Source: Dehalococcoidia bacterium (GTDB lineage: Bacteria; Chloroflexota; Dehalococcoidia; Lucifugimonadales; G965248475). Taken from it: 64,000 bases of DNA. Below the pieces are notes generated by a model. That model did no database searches and was not told the origin of the DNA. It worked only from the letters and a program-made list of their open reading frames with translations. Positions within the stretch are counted from its first letter, which is position 1. Every line of letters starts with the position of its first letter. A program made the position numbers and the translations under genes. The stretch is from the NCBI GenBank assembly GCA_965248475.1, contig OZ252106.1, positions 101,099 through 165,098 of the forward strand, written 5' to 3'. Of the stretch, positions 21,523 to 31,614 are shown one piece after another.

Positions 21523-22053
21523 ATGGAGACATGTATGAGTACGAGCACACGAAAGTCGTCGTTGTTCTGGGTGATTGCCCTATTTCTGGCTGGTGCCGTA
21601 AGTGTCATGATGGCTGACGGTTGGTTTCTGAGTGAACCAGTTCAGGGAGCTCAACAACCGACGGGAGAGGCTCAGTTAGACCTCCTTGTCTCAATCCCAG
21701 TTTTGATTGGCGCTGGTGACTCGCCTACCGCATTTGGAGATACGCTCGAGGAGATTCGCAGCCTGCGGGAGTTCTCGGTTGATTCGTTTTTCGATGTTGA
21801 ATACACTCGTGTTTATTCGAACCTTGGGTCAAGCGGTCTGGACGGTGCCCGATTCTCCGTTGACTCGTTCTTCGACGTTGAGATATTCGGGGACCCTGAT
21901 TTCGGCCTTTTCGGGGACCCGGACTTCGATCTGCTTAGGATCTCTGCTCTAGGCACACTTACTGACCCGTCAAACCCTGGGAGAGTTCTCGATGAAGTTG
22001 ACCTGGTACTAAAAGGCCACAAGCATCACGGACACGTCATTGTCCTTAAGTAG
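21523..22053 (+). CDS. secreted/anchored hypothetical protein with acidic FSVDSFFDVE repeats and His-rich tail
   Basis: N-terminal signal/anchor (SSLFWVIALFLAGAVSVMMA). Repeats REFSVDSFFDVEY / ARFSVDSFFDVEI and GDPDFGLFGDPDFDL. C-terminus KGHKHHGH. Confidence 0.6.
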   Translation: METCMSTSTRKSSLFWVIALFLAGAVSVMMADGWFLSEPVQGAQQPTGEAQLDLLVSIPVLIGAGDSPTAFGDTLEEIRSLREFSVDSFFDVEYTRVYSNLGSSGLDGARFSVDSFFDVEIFGDPDFGLFGDPDFDLLRISALGTLTDPSNPGRVLDEVDLVLKGHKHHGHVIVLK

Positions 22054-22384
22054 CCTAGGGGTATACGATCGCCTAATAACATTGCATGGAAAGTAAGGCC
22101 CGACCAACGCTACCGGGCCTCACTTTCTCCCGATGATGTTCAGACGGCATGTGCCCTACCCAGGCCTGCCAACCACTATTACTGAGGGTCGTCCTTCAAC
22201 GCAGGCGCTGTCAGGCCGTAGGCTATGTTCAGAACGCATATGACCAGAATGGCCAGTGAGGCAAGTATATCCGCCATTTCTCCCTCCCACGTAATCGTTG
22301 GAGGAAGCTTACGGGTTAGCCCGCAAGGACGACGAGTGCCAAACAGGCCGATCCTTGGGCACGAACGGGTCAGGTGGGTGACCC

Positions 22385-23332
22385 TTACAGGGGTCGTACC
22401 TTGCTGCCTGGCCCTCCGGTGCCCTCGCGTACATCCTTGGCGGTCAACTCGTCCACGCCCTTGGCCCATCGTCGCTTGAGAGGATCGGTCACATTAATGG
22501 AGAGGCTGCCTACCCCGTCGATCTCCAACTCGATGGTGTCGCCGTCCTGCATGGCGCCAAGGCCCTGGTGGTTGGTCCCCATGAAAAAGACGTCCCCAGG
22601 GCTGATGGACTCCATGGAACTCACCCACTCGATGGACTCTGGAATGGAGTGGCCCAGGTCATCGGTGCTGTAGTTTCCGCGCAGCTCACCGTCCACCCGC
22701 AGCCGCACCTGCAAATTGTGTGGGTCCGGGACTTCGTCCTTGGTCACAATGTAAGAGCCTAGGGGAGCGAAGGTGGGGTAAGACTTGTGCGGCGATATGG
22801 GCAGATAGTCCGGGGGCCTTGGACCGCCCGGAGCGCCGGTGAACACCCGGGCGGACACGTCCACCCCGCACGTGTAGCCGAACACGTGGTCCATGGCATC
22901 TGCCTCTTTGATATTCCTGCCTCCTCGCCCAAATACCAGCACCAGCTCTGCCTCATGGTGGAAGATGTTGGCATCCACGTCCGGGAGAACGACCGTACCG
23001 CCAGGGCCGAGCACGGTATCCTGTGCCTTCAGGAATCCCCACATGGGTGCAGGCTCCCTGGCGCCGAACTCGCGGTAGTTCCCGCCCATGCACAGTATCT
23101 TGCCGGGACGGGGCAGCGGGGCCAGGAGCGTTACGCCGGAAAGCGGTACTGCGTCACCCTCCTCCTCAAGGCGCGTTAAATCGGCGCGAATGTCATCCAT
23201 ATGGGTAATGATGGCCTCCATGGCCTCCTGACCCACGCCAGCACCGGTCTGGTCGACAACCTGGCTAACGTCAATCACACCGCGATCCGTCAGTAGACCC
23301 GGGAGGCTGTCATTGAATAAAACCAGCTTCAT
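22385..23332 (-). CDS. fumarylacetoacetate hydrolase (FAH) family protein
   Basis: FAH-family core ...ILCMGGNYREF...HHEAELVLVFGRGGRNI...GYTCGVDVSAR... Confidence 0.9.
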   Translation of the reverse strand: MKLVLFNDSLPGLLTDRGVIDVSQVVDQTGAGVGQEAMEAIITHMDDIRADLTRLEEEGDAVPLSGVTLLAPLPRPGKILCMGGNYREFGAREPAPMWGFLKAQDTVLGPGGTVVLPDVDANIFHHEAELVLVFGRGGRNIKEADAMDHVFGYTCGVDVSARVFTGAPGGPRPPDYLPISPHKSYPTFAPLGSYIVTKDEVPDPHNLQVRLRVDGELRGNYSTDDLGHSIPESIEWVSSMESISPGDVFFMGTNHQGLGAMQDGDTIELEIDGVGSLSINVTDPLKRRWAKGVDELTAKDVREGTGGPGSKVRPL

Positions 23333-23510
23333 GTCATCCTCCTATGAGTAGGTCATGGTAGCCAGCCTCTTTGCCACGCCGGCATGCCATTCTCCACACC
23401 ACTGTACAACCGTATTATAGAGGGTTCCTCTACCACTTCGTCGGCCATCTATGGTTCAGCTCAAGCAATTCATCTTGTGCCTCACTACTGGCTCCACTAT
23501 AGTTACTGCC

Positions 23511-25484
23511 ATGCGAGCGTCCTTGCATTGGATTGCCCTCGGTGCGGGCTTGGCCGTGATGATGGTCCTGGCCTGTCAGCCAGAGCAGACTCAAAATCAG
23601 ACTGCGACGCCCGTGTCCTTATCACCTACGTCAACCTTGATGTCTGAACCGATAACCCCAGTCATCCGCCTCACCGAAGATGCCAGGACGGGGGTGCAGG
23701 CAGTGGCAATATCAACGTCCATTAAGGGAGCTGCGGTACGGTATACCACGGATGGGAGTGACCCCTCACCGACACGTGGAATGTCCTATGAGGGGCCCAT
23801 TCCGGTCACCCTAGGAGTGACCGTCAAAGCCATTGCTTACACGAAAGGCGTACCTCCTTCACCAATATCGATGGCGAGCTATCCCAAGGTTGAGCCGCTG
23901 AGCCATAGCTCCGAGGGTACCTATGTGGGGCCGCAGGAGATTGACCTGTCCACTACTACGGAAGGAGCGTCCATACGGTATACAACCGATGGAAGCAACC
24001 CAACGCTGGAATCAGCGGTCCTTTACGGAGGCCCCATCCACATTGCGGATATCACAACCATCAAGGCAATTGCCTTCAAGGAAGGTGAAGTTAACTCTGA
24101 CGTCGACACTCTTATTTATACCATCGTCATCGACCAACTCGACCGACCACAACTCAGCCTTACCGAAGCGATCTACATTGGTCCGCAGAACCTGACCATC
24201 ACTGGCGAAACGGGAGCGTCAATTCGATACACAACCGATGGAAGCGACCCCACGCCTACATCCGGTGTTCTATATCAAGGTCCGGTCGCCTTCACAGAAA
24301 CCGCTACATTGAAAGCAATAACCTACAAAGGGGGCTGGGTAGATTCTCAGGTTGTGGCAAGTACCTACAGGATATTTGGACGCAAGGTCGTCAATGAAGA
24401 CCCGATCATACTTCAGGGCAACAACATCCTGGAAATTGTAGACACCTACTACGTTCATCAGAACAACATCACTCTCCGGGACAATGCCCAACTTGTGATA
24501 CGGGATTCACTGGTACTCCATCAGAAGGAATTCGCCTTTCAATACAGCCTGATTGCTGAAGGGAACAGCACGGTAACAGTCGAGAACTCGGAGATCGGAA
24601 ACAGCTGTACTGGATCGCTCAACTGGAATTTCTTCGAAACATCTTCGCTCGTGGCCCGCAACGTGAGTCACTATGAATGCAATACATGGAACTTTCTTAG
24701 CGGGGAGTCGGTAATATCGGTCAACAACTGGCCATATATTGGCGCTACTGTGTGCGATAACTCAGATGTTATCGCTGAGAACTCCCACAATATGGAGATT
24801 GAGATGTGCTTCCCGGAGGGGTCCACCATAGACACAGTCCTCCCTGCTGAGATAAGCGATTTCTCCTTTTCAGGTGAGGATGATGCCACCATCGGCTTCA
24901 ACCTCCGTATCTTGAACTCTTCGATTGACGGGTGGGGAATTAATCTCCTGCCAGGGAGCAGCATCACTATCAGGGATACCCCTGCTGTGACCGTTGGGAT
25001 CATAGTCGGGCTTCCTTGGACGAACCAAACCGTTGTGCTCGACGATCTAGGACGCAAGCTCTACGAAGACCGGACCTGGGACATTGTTGATGCCACCCTT
25101 CATCTCATCAACACCAACGTTTACGGCTGGGAGCCCAACGCGTTCGCCTCCAACATCCTTGTTATCAGAAACAGCGACGTGTCTGGAAGCTCTACAGGCA
25201 ACAACGCAACAATCGTGTATGAGAACAGCACTATGGGCCAGGTCGTCGCTGGAGAGAATATCGACTTCACCGTGAGGGATTCGATCGTTACAGGCGACGT
25301 CATAGCTACTGACAACGGCAGGATAACCCTTATCAACTCCGTGGTGGGAAGCCCTCCGGCGGAGGAAGGGGATACCCCGCTCGGCAACGTCATCGCCTTC
25401 GGCAGTGGAACAATCATCCTGACCGACACCGTGGTCCACGGTGAAATGATCACTATGGACGACGGGGAGATAATCGAACAGTAG
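23511..25484 (+). CDS. lipoprotein with four FN3-associated/chitobiase-C-like repeats and a C-terminal beta-helix-like region
   Basis: Start chosen at ATG 23511 (MRASLHWIALGAGLAVMMVLAC, lipobox). Four copies of ...(I/V)RYTTDGS(D/N)P(S/T)....Y.GP......T(V/I/L)KAIA(Y/F)(T/K).... The Asn/Ser-rich C-terminal half has short periodicity. Confidence 0.8.
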   Translation: MRASLHWIALGAGLAVMMVLACQPEQTQNQTATPVSLSPTSTLMSEPITPVIRLTEDARTGVQAVAISTSIKGAAVRYTTDGSDPSPTRGMSYEGPIPVTLGVTVKAIAYTKGVPPSPISMASYPKVEPLSHSSEGTYVGPQEIDLSTTTEGASIRYTTDGSNPTLESAVLYGGPIHIADITTIKAIAFKEGEVNSDVDTLIYTIVIDQLDRPQLSLTEAIYIGPQNLTITGETGASIRYTTDGSDPTPTSGVLYQGPVAFTETATLKAITYKGGWVDSQVVASTYRIFGRKVVNEDPIILQGNNILEIVDTYYVHQNNITLRDNAQLVIRDSLVLHQKEFAFQYSLIAEGNSTVTVENSEIGNSCTGSLNWNFFETSSLVARNVSHYECNTWNFLSGESVISVNNWPYIGATVCDNSDVIAENSHNMEIEMCFPEGSTIDTVLPAEISDFSFSGEDDATIGFNLRILNSSIDGWGINLLPGSSITIRDTPAVTVGIIVGLPWTNQTVVLDDLGRKLYEDRTWDIVDATLHLINTNVYGWEPNAFASNILVIRNSDVSGSSTGNNATIVYENSTMGQVVAGENIDFTVRDSIVTGDVIATDNGRITLINSVVGSPPAEEGDTPLGNVIAFGSGTIILTDTVVHGEMITMDDGEIIEQ

Positions 25485-25632
25485 GCAACCCGGTCCGTCT
25501 GGGCAAACCCTCTACCTGGCTATCCATCCGGGAATGACGCACAGGACAGCGTCCCGGCACTGGAATCGACCCTCAAACGCCCAGTTCTGACGCCGCATCA
25601 GCAATTGTAGCGTTATCTACCATTAGAGTGTT

Positions 25633-25707
25633 TGGAGCGGGGGACGGGATTCGAACCCGCGACAACCTGCTTGGAAGGCAGGGACTCTACCGCTGAGTTA
25701 CCCCCGC
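25633..25707 (-). tRNA. tRNA-Gly (anticodon UCC)
   Basis: Reverse complement GCGGGGGTAACTCAGCGGTAGAGT...CCTGCCTTCCAAGCAGG...GGGTTCGAATCCC...CCCCCGCTCCA. Confidence 0.9.
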
Positions 25708-25773
25708 GCTCGCATGCTCAGTGTAACCCAATCTCTCAGTCCACGCCACGCATGCTGACAGACGCAGGCCTGG

Positions 25774-27438
25774 TCAGTCGAGCACCTTTACCTTCAGCCA
25801 GTGCCCCTTGATGTAGTAGGGGATGTAGAGAAATACCCGGCTGAACATGGCGACTGTGATGGCAATAGGAATACCGTACTGGCCCAGTGGCGTCTGATAC
25901 GCCAGCACGTAGGCCAGCGGCAGCTGAATACCCACCATGGTGATAAACGTGACCACCATTGGGGTCATGGTATCTCCCGCCACGTTGAACGACATTTGGA
26001 ACACCATGCCGCCGCCCATAACCAGCCCGCCTATTGCCTGGATACGCACCCAGTTCACGGCAATGTCCATCAGCTCGGGCTCGCTATTGAAGATCCCGAT
26101 GAAGAAGGCAGGGAAGATCAGCAGCAGCATGCCTATGCTGCCCCGGATAGCCGTGACGTAACCCAACGCCCAGAGGACCGTTGACTTGGCCCGCTGCTGA
26201 TGACCGGCACCCAGGTTCTGTCCGACCAGTGCGCCGGAGGCACGTCCCAGCCCCATGCTGCCCAGATTGGTGAACATCTCCAACCGCCGTGTCAGGCCAT
26301 AGGCGGCCAGAGAGAAGTCCCCGAATGGCGTAACCATGGGCACCATCAGAAGACTCACTAGGCTCCGTTCCATACCCGTGAAGGTCGCCGGAGCCCCTAT
26401 CCGCAACAGGCGCCCCAGCAGGGGGAAGTCCATGTAGTAGCCTCGCAGCGTCAGATGCAGGTTGGATGTCCCGGCGAAAAGAGCGTAGAAGTTCCAGCCC
26501 ACTGCCAGGCTCTGTGCCAGCACGTTGCCCGCAGCAAGGCCAGCGATGCCCATCTCAGGAAATGGCCATACGCCGAAAAATAGCAACGGCGACAGGAAGA
26601 TGTGCGTCACCCTGGCCAGCAGAGTAGCCTTCATAGGTGTCACAGCGTCACCCGCAGCCTGAAGGGCCCCTGCGCTCATCATGCGGAATGCCTGTGCGCC
26701 AAATCCTATGAACTGGATCCGCATATACAGACCCGCCACCGCTATAACCTCATCACTGACCCCAAGCACCTGCAGCAGGAAGTCGGTGAAGAAGGCACCC
26801 GTTGTCACCACTAGAAGGGTGAATGTGACGGTGAGCGTGAACGCCTGGAGCGTCACGTGATTCGCCAGGTCCACACGGCCCGCCCCTATGGCGCGGGCGA
26901 CCATGGCCTGCATGCCCATGTCCAGGCCCATGCGGCCGGTCATAATAAGACGCGTATAGTCTTGAGCCACGCCCAGGCCGGCGATAGCCCTGGCACCTAC
27001 AAACCGGCCTGCCCAAAAGAGGTCCGCCATTTGATCGACGACATTCAAAATGCCCTCGACCATCTGTGGCCAGGCCAGTATCCAGAGGTTCTTTGGAACG
27101 CTGCCTTCGGTCAGGTCACGGGTAGCACGGGCGGAGCGCCTTCTGCCACCCATGGAAAAGGTGCCACCCTCCATGTCCTCGGCAACAAAACCACCACCGC
27201 CTCCTCCACCACCTCCGCCACGGGCACGGACTCGGACATTGAGAATCTCCTCCTCAGAGGCTTCAGCCAGGTCACTGGCCGCTCCCTGACGTCCGTTACC
27301 CGACTCCCCGTCCTGAGATGCAACGCCAGCCTCTACCGCGCCGTCGGCAACATTTCCATCGGCGCCATTCGTTTCAATGTCATCGGTGGCATCCGTCCGG
27401 TCCGACGATGGTGGTTCGTTTGCGCCCTCTTCAGGCAT
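25774..27438 (-). CDS. MATE family efflux transporter with a long acidic / poly-Gly N-terminal extension
   Basis: The MATE core begins around ...TEGSVPKNLWILAWPQMVEG, with 12 TM helices. The first ~110 aa are Asp/Glu/Gly-rich with a run of ten Gly. An internal ATG at 27174 is an alternative start. Confidence 0.85.
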   Translation of the reverse strand: MPEEGANEPPSSDRTDATDDIETNGADGNVADGAVEAGVASQDGESGNGRQGAASDLAEASEEEILNVRVRARGGGGGGGGGGFVAEDMEGGTFSMGGRRRSARATRDLTEGSVPKNLWILAWPQMVEGILNVVDQMADLFWAGRFVGARAIAGLGVAQDYTRLIMTGRMGLDMGMQAMVARAIGAGRVDLANHVTLQAFTLTVTFTLLVVTTGAFFTDFLLQVLGVSDEVIAVAGLYMRIQFIGFGAQAFRMMSAGALQAAGDAVTPMKATLLARVTHIFLSPLLFFGVWPFPEMGIAGLAAGNVLAQSLAVGWNFYALFAGTSNLHLTLRGYYMDFPLLGRLLRIGAPATFTGMERSLVSLLMVPMVTPFGDFSLAAYGLTRRLEMFTNLGSMGLGRASGALVGQNLGAGHQQRAKSTVLWALGYVTAIRGSIGMLLLIFPAFFIGIFNSEPELMDIAVNWVRIQAIGGLVMGGGMVFQMSFNVAGDTMTPMVVTFITMVGIQLPLAYVLAYQTPLGQYGIPIAITVAMFSRVFLYIPYYIKGHWLKVKVLD

Positions 27439-27776
27439 CCTGTGGTCCTTCCTGTGTTCTACGATACCCGTCTACCACCGCGCCTTGTGCAGTGCATCGG
27501 AGTCGACGAATCCATAGCCATGGCACCAAATTACGCACATGCTGCCATATATGATCCATGCTCCGAGCATTAGGATTATCTCAGCACCTTACCCCTTTTG
27601 AGAGATAGGGTCAACGCTTGTCATTTCTGTACAGGTTAGATATAGTAGCCCCTGCACTCTAGGGGTGTATCTAAGAGCCTGACCACCTGGGGCCCCTTAT
27701 GCGTACAGCGCCCGGCGGCGCAGTACCTCCGACGGTTAGATAGCTTTGTAAAGACTCACCGGGAGGGGAAGTCACC

Positions 27777-28976
27777 ATGATGGGACCTTCAGCGATGGAC
27801 GACATCAGAGTCCTGGACATCAGCCAGGGCATCGCCGGGCCATTCTGCGCCAAGATCCTCGGCGATTTCGGTGCGGACGTAATCAAGGTAGAGCCCCCAG
27901 GCGGAGAGAGCGGCAGGACTATGGGCCCCTTCTTCCATGACGATCCCAATCCGGAGAAGAGCCTCTTCTTTCTGCTCCTCAACCTGAACAAACGCGGCAC
28001 CACGCTCAACCTGGAGACCACTACGGGCGCCAAGATCTTCAAGGAGTTGGTCCTGGAGGCCGACGTTGTCGTGGAATCCTTCCAGCCCGGTTACCTGGAC
28101 TCCCTGGGCCTGGGTTACGAGGACCTAGAGAAGATCAACCCCAAGATAGTGATGACATCAATTACCGGCTTCGGCCAGACCGGCCCCTACAGCCACTTCA
28201 AGAGCGAAGAGATCATCGCTTACGCCATGGGGTCAATAATGAGCATAAGCGGCACCAAGGAACGGGAGCCGCTGAAACACGGCGGCTTCCAAGCCCAGTA
28301 CGAGTCCGGACTGAACGGAGCGCTGTCCACAGCCTTCACCCTGGTCATGCGTGACACCATCGGCGAGGGACAGCACGTGGACGTATCCATCCAGGAGGTG
28401 GTGAACTCCACCCTGGTGGTCAACCAGCCCTTCTACAGCTGGACCGGTGCAGTCCAGGGCCGGCGCAACCCTGAAGGGGCCATGTTCGGAAACGTCATGC
28501 CCTGCAAGGACGGCTACTTCATCAGCCAGGCTGGCGGCGGCGCCACCTGGGACGCCATCGCTGATTTCTACGGCAAGGAAGAGCTGAAAGACCCCAAGTT
28601 CGCCCTGCCTGAGCAGCGCACCGTGAACGGCGCGGAGATGGACGAAATCATCCTGGACGCCACCAAGGACAGGACCATGGCGGAGATGTTCAAGACCGCC
28701 TCCGAGGACTATCGCATGCTGTTCGGCATCGTACAGACCCCGGAAGACCTCGCCAACTGCCCGCAGCTGGAGGCCAGGGACTTCTTCGAAGAGGTTGACC
28801 ACCCGGTCATAGGCAAGATCAAGGTGCCGTTCCGCCTGTTCAACATGAGCGAAACGCCCAGCACGTATAGGATGCCAGCCCCACTCCTGGGACAGCACAA
28901 CGTGGATGTATATACGGAGCTTCTGAGCTACTCCAAGGAGGACCTTGTGAAACTTCGGGAACTGGACATCATCTAA
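27777..28976 (+). CDS. family III CoA-transferase (CaiB/BaiF)
   Basis: N-terminal signature IRVLDISQGIAGPFCAKILGDFGADVIKVEPPGG... Confidence 0.9.
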   Translation: MMGPSAMDDIRVLDISQGIAGPFCAKILGDFGADVIKVEPPGGESGRTMGPFFHDDPNPEKSLFFLLLNLNKRGTTLNLETTTGAKIFKELVLEADVVVESFQPGYLDSLGLGYEDLEKINPKIVMTSITGFGQTGPYSHFKSEEIIAYAMGSIMSISGTKEREPLKHGGFQAQYESGLNGALSTAFTLVMRDTIGEGQHVDVSIQEVVNSTLVVNQPFYSWTGAVQGRRNPEGAMFGNVMPCKDGYFISQAGGGATWDAIADFYGKEELKDPKFALPEQRTVNGAEMDEIILDATKDRTMAEMFKTASEDYRMLFGIVQTPEDLANCPQLEARDFFEEVDHPVIGKIKVPFRLFNMSETPSTYRMPAPLLGQHNVDVYTELLSYSKEDLVKLRELDII

Positions 28977-29132
28977 CTGCCAGGATTGAGGACATCTGCC
29001 CTTGACGGCATCTGAAGTGCGATTGAGCGACCGGCCATCGCGATCGACCCGTGAGGCGTTGAATGGAGATGCGCAGGTTCCAAGGACTGATCGTCAGCCG
29101 ACAGGCCGGCCAGCAGTAGAGGTGCAGCGCCA

Positions 29133-30199
29133 GTGAGCAAGAAACCCCTGGAAGGCATACGAGTCGTAGAGTCCACCTATGTTTACGCCTTTCCTTACGC
29201 CGCCGGCCTGCTGGCGGACCTGGGAGCGGAGGTCATCAAGATCGAGGGCCCGGGCCACATAGACACCACGCGCGGCGGACAGTTCGCCGGAGCCTTTCCC
29301 GACAACGATCCGGGTGACGACCCCTGGAACCGTGCCGCTGGATTCAACCAGCTCAATCGCGGCAAGAAGTCACTCACCCTGGACCTGAGCAAGGATGAGG
29401 GCCAAGCCGTCTTGAAGGACCTGCTCGCCGTCACAGACATCTTCATGGAGAACTACACGCCCAGGGTCATGCGGCGCTGGGGACTGGACTATCCCAACCT
29501 GAAGAAGCTCAAGCCGGACATAATAATGGCATCCAACACCGGCTATGGCCACGGTGAAGGCCCCTACTCCCAGTACCCGGCCCAGGCCACCACGCAGGAG
29601 GGCACCCACGGCCTGGTGCACATCACCGGCTACCGGGACGACTCACCGTCCAAGGCAGGTCAGTCCTACGTGGACTTCATTTCCTGCTGGGCTGCCCTCC
29701 TCGGAATGGGTATGGCACTCAGGTACAGAAACCAGACCGGCAAGGGCCAGTGGATTGACGTAGGGATGTACCAGCTGGGCTGCATGGGGTCCAGTGAATA
29801 CGTCATGGACTGGATCTCCAACGAGAGATTGGGCGGGCCTATGGGCAACCGCCACCCGTGGCGCGCACCCCAGGGCTGCTACCCTTGCGCAGGTAAAGAC
29901 CAGTGGTGCGTCATCTCAGTGGGGGACGACGAGGAGTGGGCTGCCCTATGCAGTGCCATCGGCAAGGACGGGCTTATAGAGGACCCTAAGTTCGCCACCG
30001 GCTCCAACCGTATGAAGAACCATGGCGAGTTAGACGGTATCATCTCCTCCTGGACCAAGGGCGTAGAGAAGTTCCAGGTCATGGAGCGGCTTCAGGGTGC
30101 CGGCGTGCCTGCCGCGCCTGTGCAAGACTCCAGGGACGCCAACCTGAGCGAGCAATACTGGGCCAGCGGTTTCCTGGAGAAGGTCACGTATCCTGAAGA
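29133..30199 (+). repeat. copy 1 of a 1067-bp identical direct repeat (period 1415 bp)
   Basis: Same nucleotides as 30548-31614 wherever I compared them. All alternative-frame ORFs in the track are duplicated identically (e.g. 29195-29446 = 30610-30861). Confidence 0.85.
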
Positions 30200-30485
30200 C
30201 CGTGAAATGGGCCAGCGCGTCCTTATGGGACTCCCCTGGCAAGGCAGTAAGCTAGACCCAGCTATCAAGAGCCCTGCGCCAAAGCTGGGCGGCAGCAACG
30301 ATGAGATACTCCAGGATGTGCTGGGCTACTCAGACGCCCAGGTCGGCGAACTGGCGGAGACCGGCATCATCGGTGACAAGCCATCTAACCTGCAACCCAC
30401 TCCTATCGTCAGCCTGGACGAGCTGGTCAAACGCGGTCGCTTCGCCTACTACGATTCCGACTTCGAGGAAAAGCTGAGTATTTAG
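29133..30485 (+). CDS. family III CoA-transferase (CaiB/BaiF), tandem copy 1
   Basis: GTG start. IRVVESTYVYAFPYAAGLLADLGAEVIKIEGPG... The first 355 aa are identical to the next gene. Confidence 0.9.
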   Translation: MSKKPLEGIRVVESTYVYAFPYAAGLLADLGAEVIKIEGPGHIDTTRGGQFAGAFPDNDPGDDPWNRAAGFNQLNRGKKSLTLDLSKDEGQAVLKDLLAVTDIFMENYTPRVMRRWGLDYPNLKKLKPDIIMASNTGYGHGEGPYSQYPAQATTQEGTHGLVHITGYRDDSPSKAGQSYVDFISCWAALLGMGMALRYRNQTGKGQWIDVGMYQLGCMGSSEYVMDWISNERLGGPMGNRHPWRAPQGCYPCAGKDQWCVISVGDDEEWAALCSAIGKDGLIEDPKFATGSNRMKNHGELDGIISSWTKGVEKFQVMERLQGAGVPAAPVQDSRDANLSEQYWASGFLEKVTYPEDREMGQRVLMGLPWQGSKLDPAIKSPAPKLGGSNDEILQDVLGYSDAQVGELAETGIIGDKPSNLQPTPIVSLDELVKRGRFAYYDSDFEEKLSI

Positions 30486-30547
30486 GGCTTCCATAGCACA
30501 CAAGCACACATTGGTATTAATTCAAGTCAAGACGGAGGTATAGCACG

Positions 30548-31614
30548 GTGAGCAAGAAACCCCTGGAAGGCATACGAGTCGTAGAGTCCACCTATGTTTA
30601 CGCCTTTCCTTACGCCGCCGGCCTGCTGGCGGACCTGGGAGCGGAGGTCATCAAGATCGAGGGCCCGGGCCACATAGACACCACGCGCGGCGGACAGTTC
30701 GCCGGAGCCTTTCCCGACAACGATCCGGGTGACGACCCCTGGAACCGTGCCGCTGGATTCAACCAGCTCAATCGCGGCAAGAAGTCACTCACCCTGGACC
30801 TGAGCAAGGATGAGGGCCAAGCCGTCTTGAAGGACCTGCTCGCCGTCACAGACATCTTCATGGAGAACTACACGCCCAGGGTCATGCGGCGCTGGGGACT
30901 GGACTATCCCAACCTGAAGAAGCTCAAGCCGGACATAATAATGGCATCCAACACCGGCTATGGCCACGGTGAAGGCCCCTACTCCCAGTACCCGGCCCAG
31001 GCCACCACGCAGGAGGGCACCCACGGCCTGGTGCACATCACCGGCTACCGGGACGACTCACCGTCCAAGGCAGGTCAGTCCTACGTGGACTTCATTTCCT
31101 GCTGGGCTGCCCTCCTCGGAATGGGTATGGCACTCAGGTACAGAAACCAGACCGGCAAGGGCCAGTGGATTGACGTAGGGATGTACCAGCTGGGCTGCAT
31201 GGGGTCCAGTGAATACGTCATGGACTGGATCTCCAACGAGAGATTGGGCGGGCCTATGGGCAACCGCCACCCGTGGCGCGCACCCCAGGGCTGCTACCCT
31301 TGCGCAGGTAAAGACCAGTGGTGCGTCATCTCAGTGGGGGACGACGAGGAGTGGGCTGCCCTATGCAGTGCCATCGGCAAGGACGGGCTTATAGAGGACC
31401 CTAAGTTCGCCACCGGCTCCAACCGTATGAAGAACCATGGCGAGTTAGACGGTATCATCTCCTCCTGGACCAAGGGCGTAGAGAAGTTCCAGGTCATGGA
31501 GCGGCTTCAGGGTGCCGGCGTGCCTGCCGCGCCTGTGCAAGACTCCAGGGACGCCAACCTGAGCGAGCAATACTGGGCCAGCGGTTTCCTGGAGAAGGTC
31601 ACGTATCCTGAAGA
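30548..31614 (+). repeat. copy 2 of the 1067-bp identical direct repeat
   Basis: See copy 1. Identity starts at the GTG start codon. The first mismatch is at 31615 (30200 in copy 1). Confidence 0.85.

Noticed and set aside
22179-22277. Possible 32-aa TM micro-protein (MADILASLAILVICVLNIAYGL...) downstream of the FAH gene.
   Set aside because: It is too short to support without conservation or expression data, and the longer 96-aa ORF upstream of it is Arg-rich nonsense.
27190-27219. Ten consecutive Gly codons, considered as a slipped-strand phase-variation tract.
   Set aside because: The run is encoded by mixed GGT/GGC/GGA/GGG codons rather than a homopolymer or simple short repeat.
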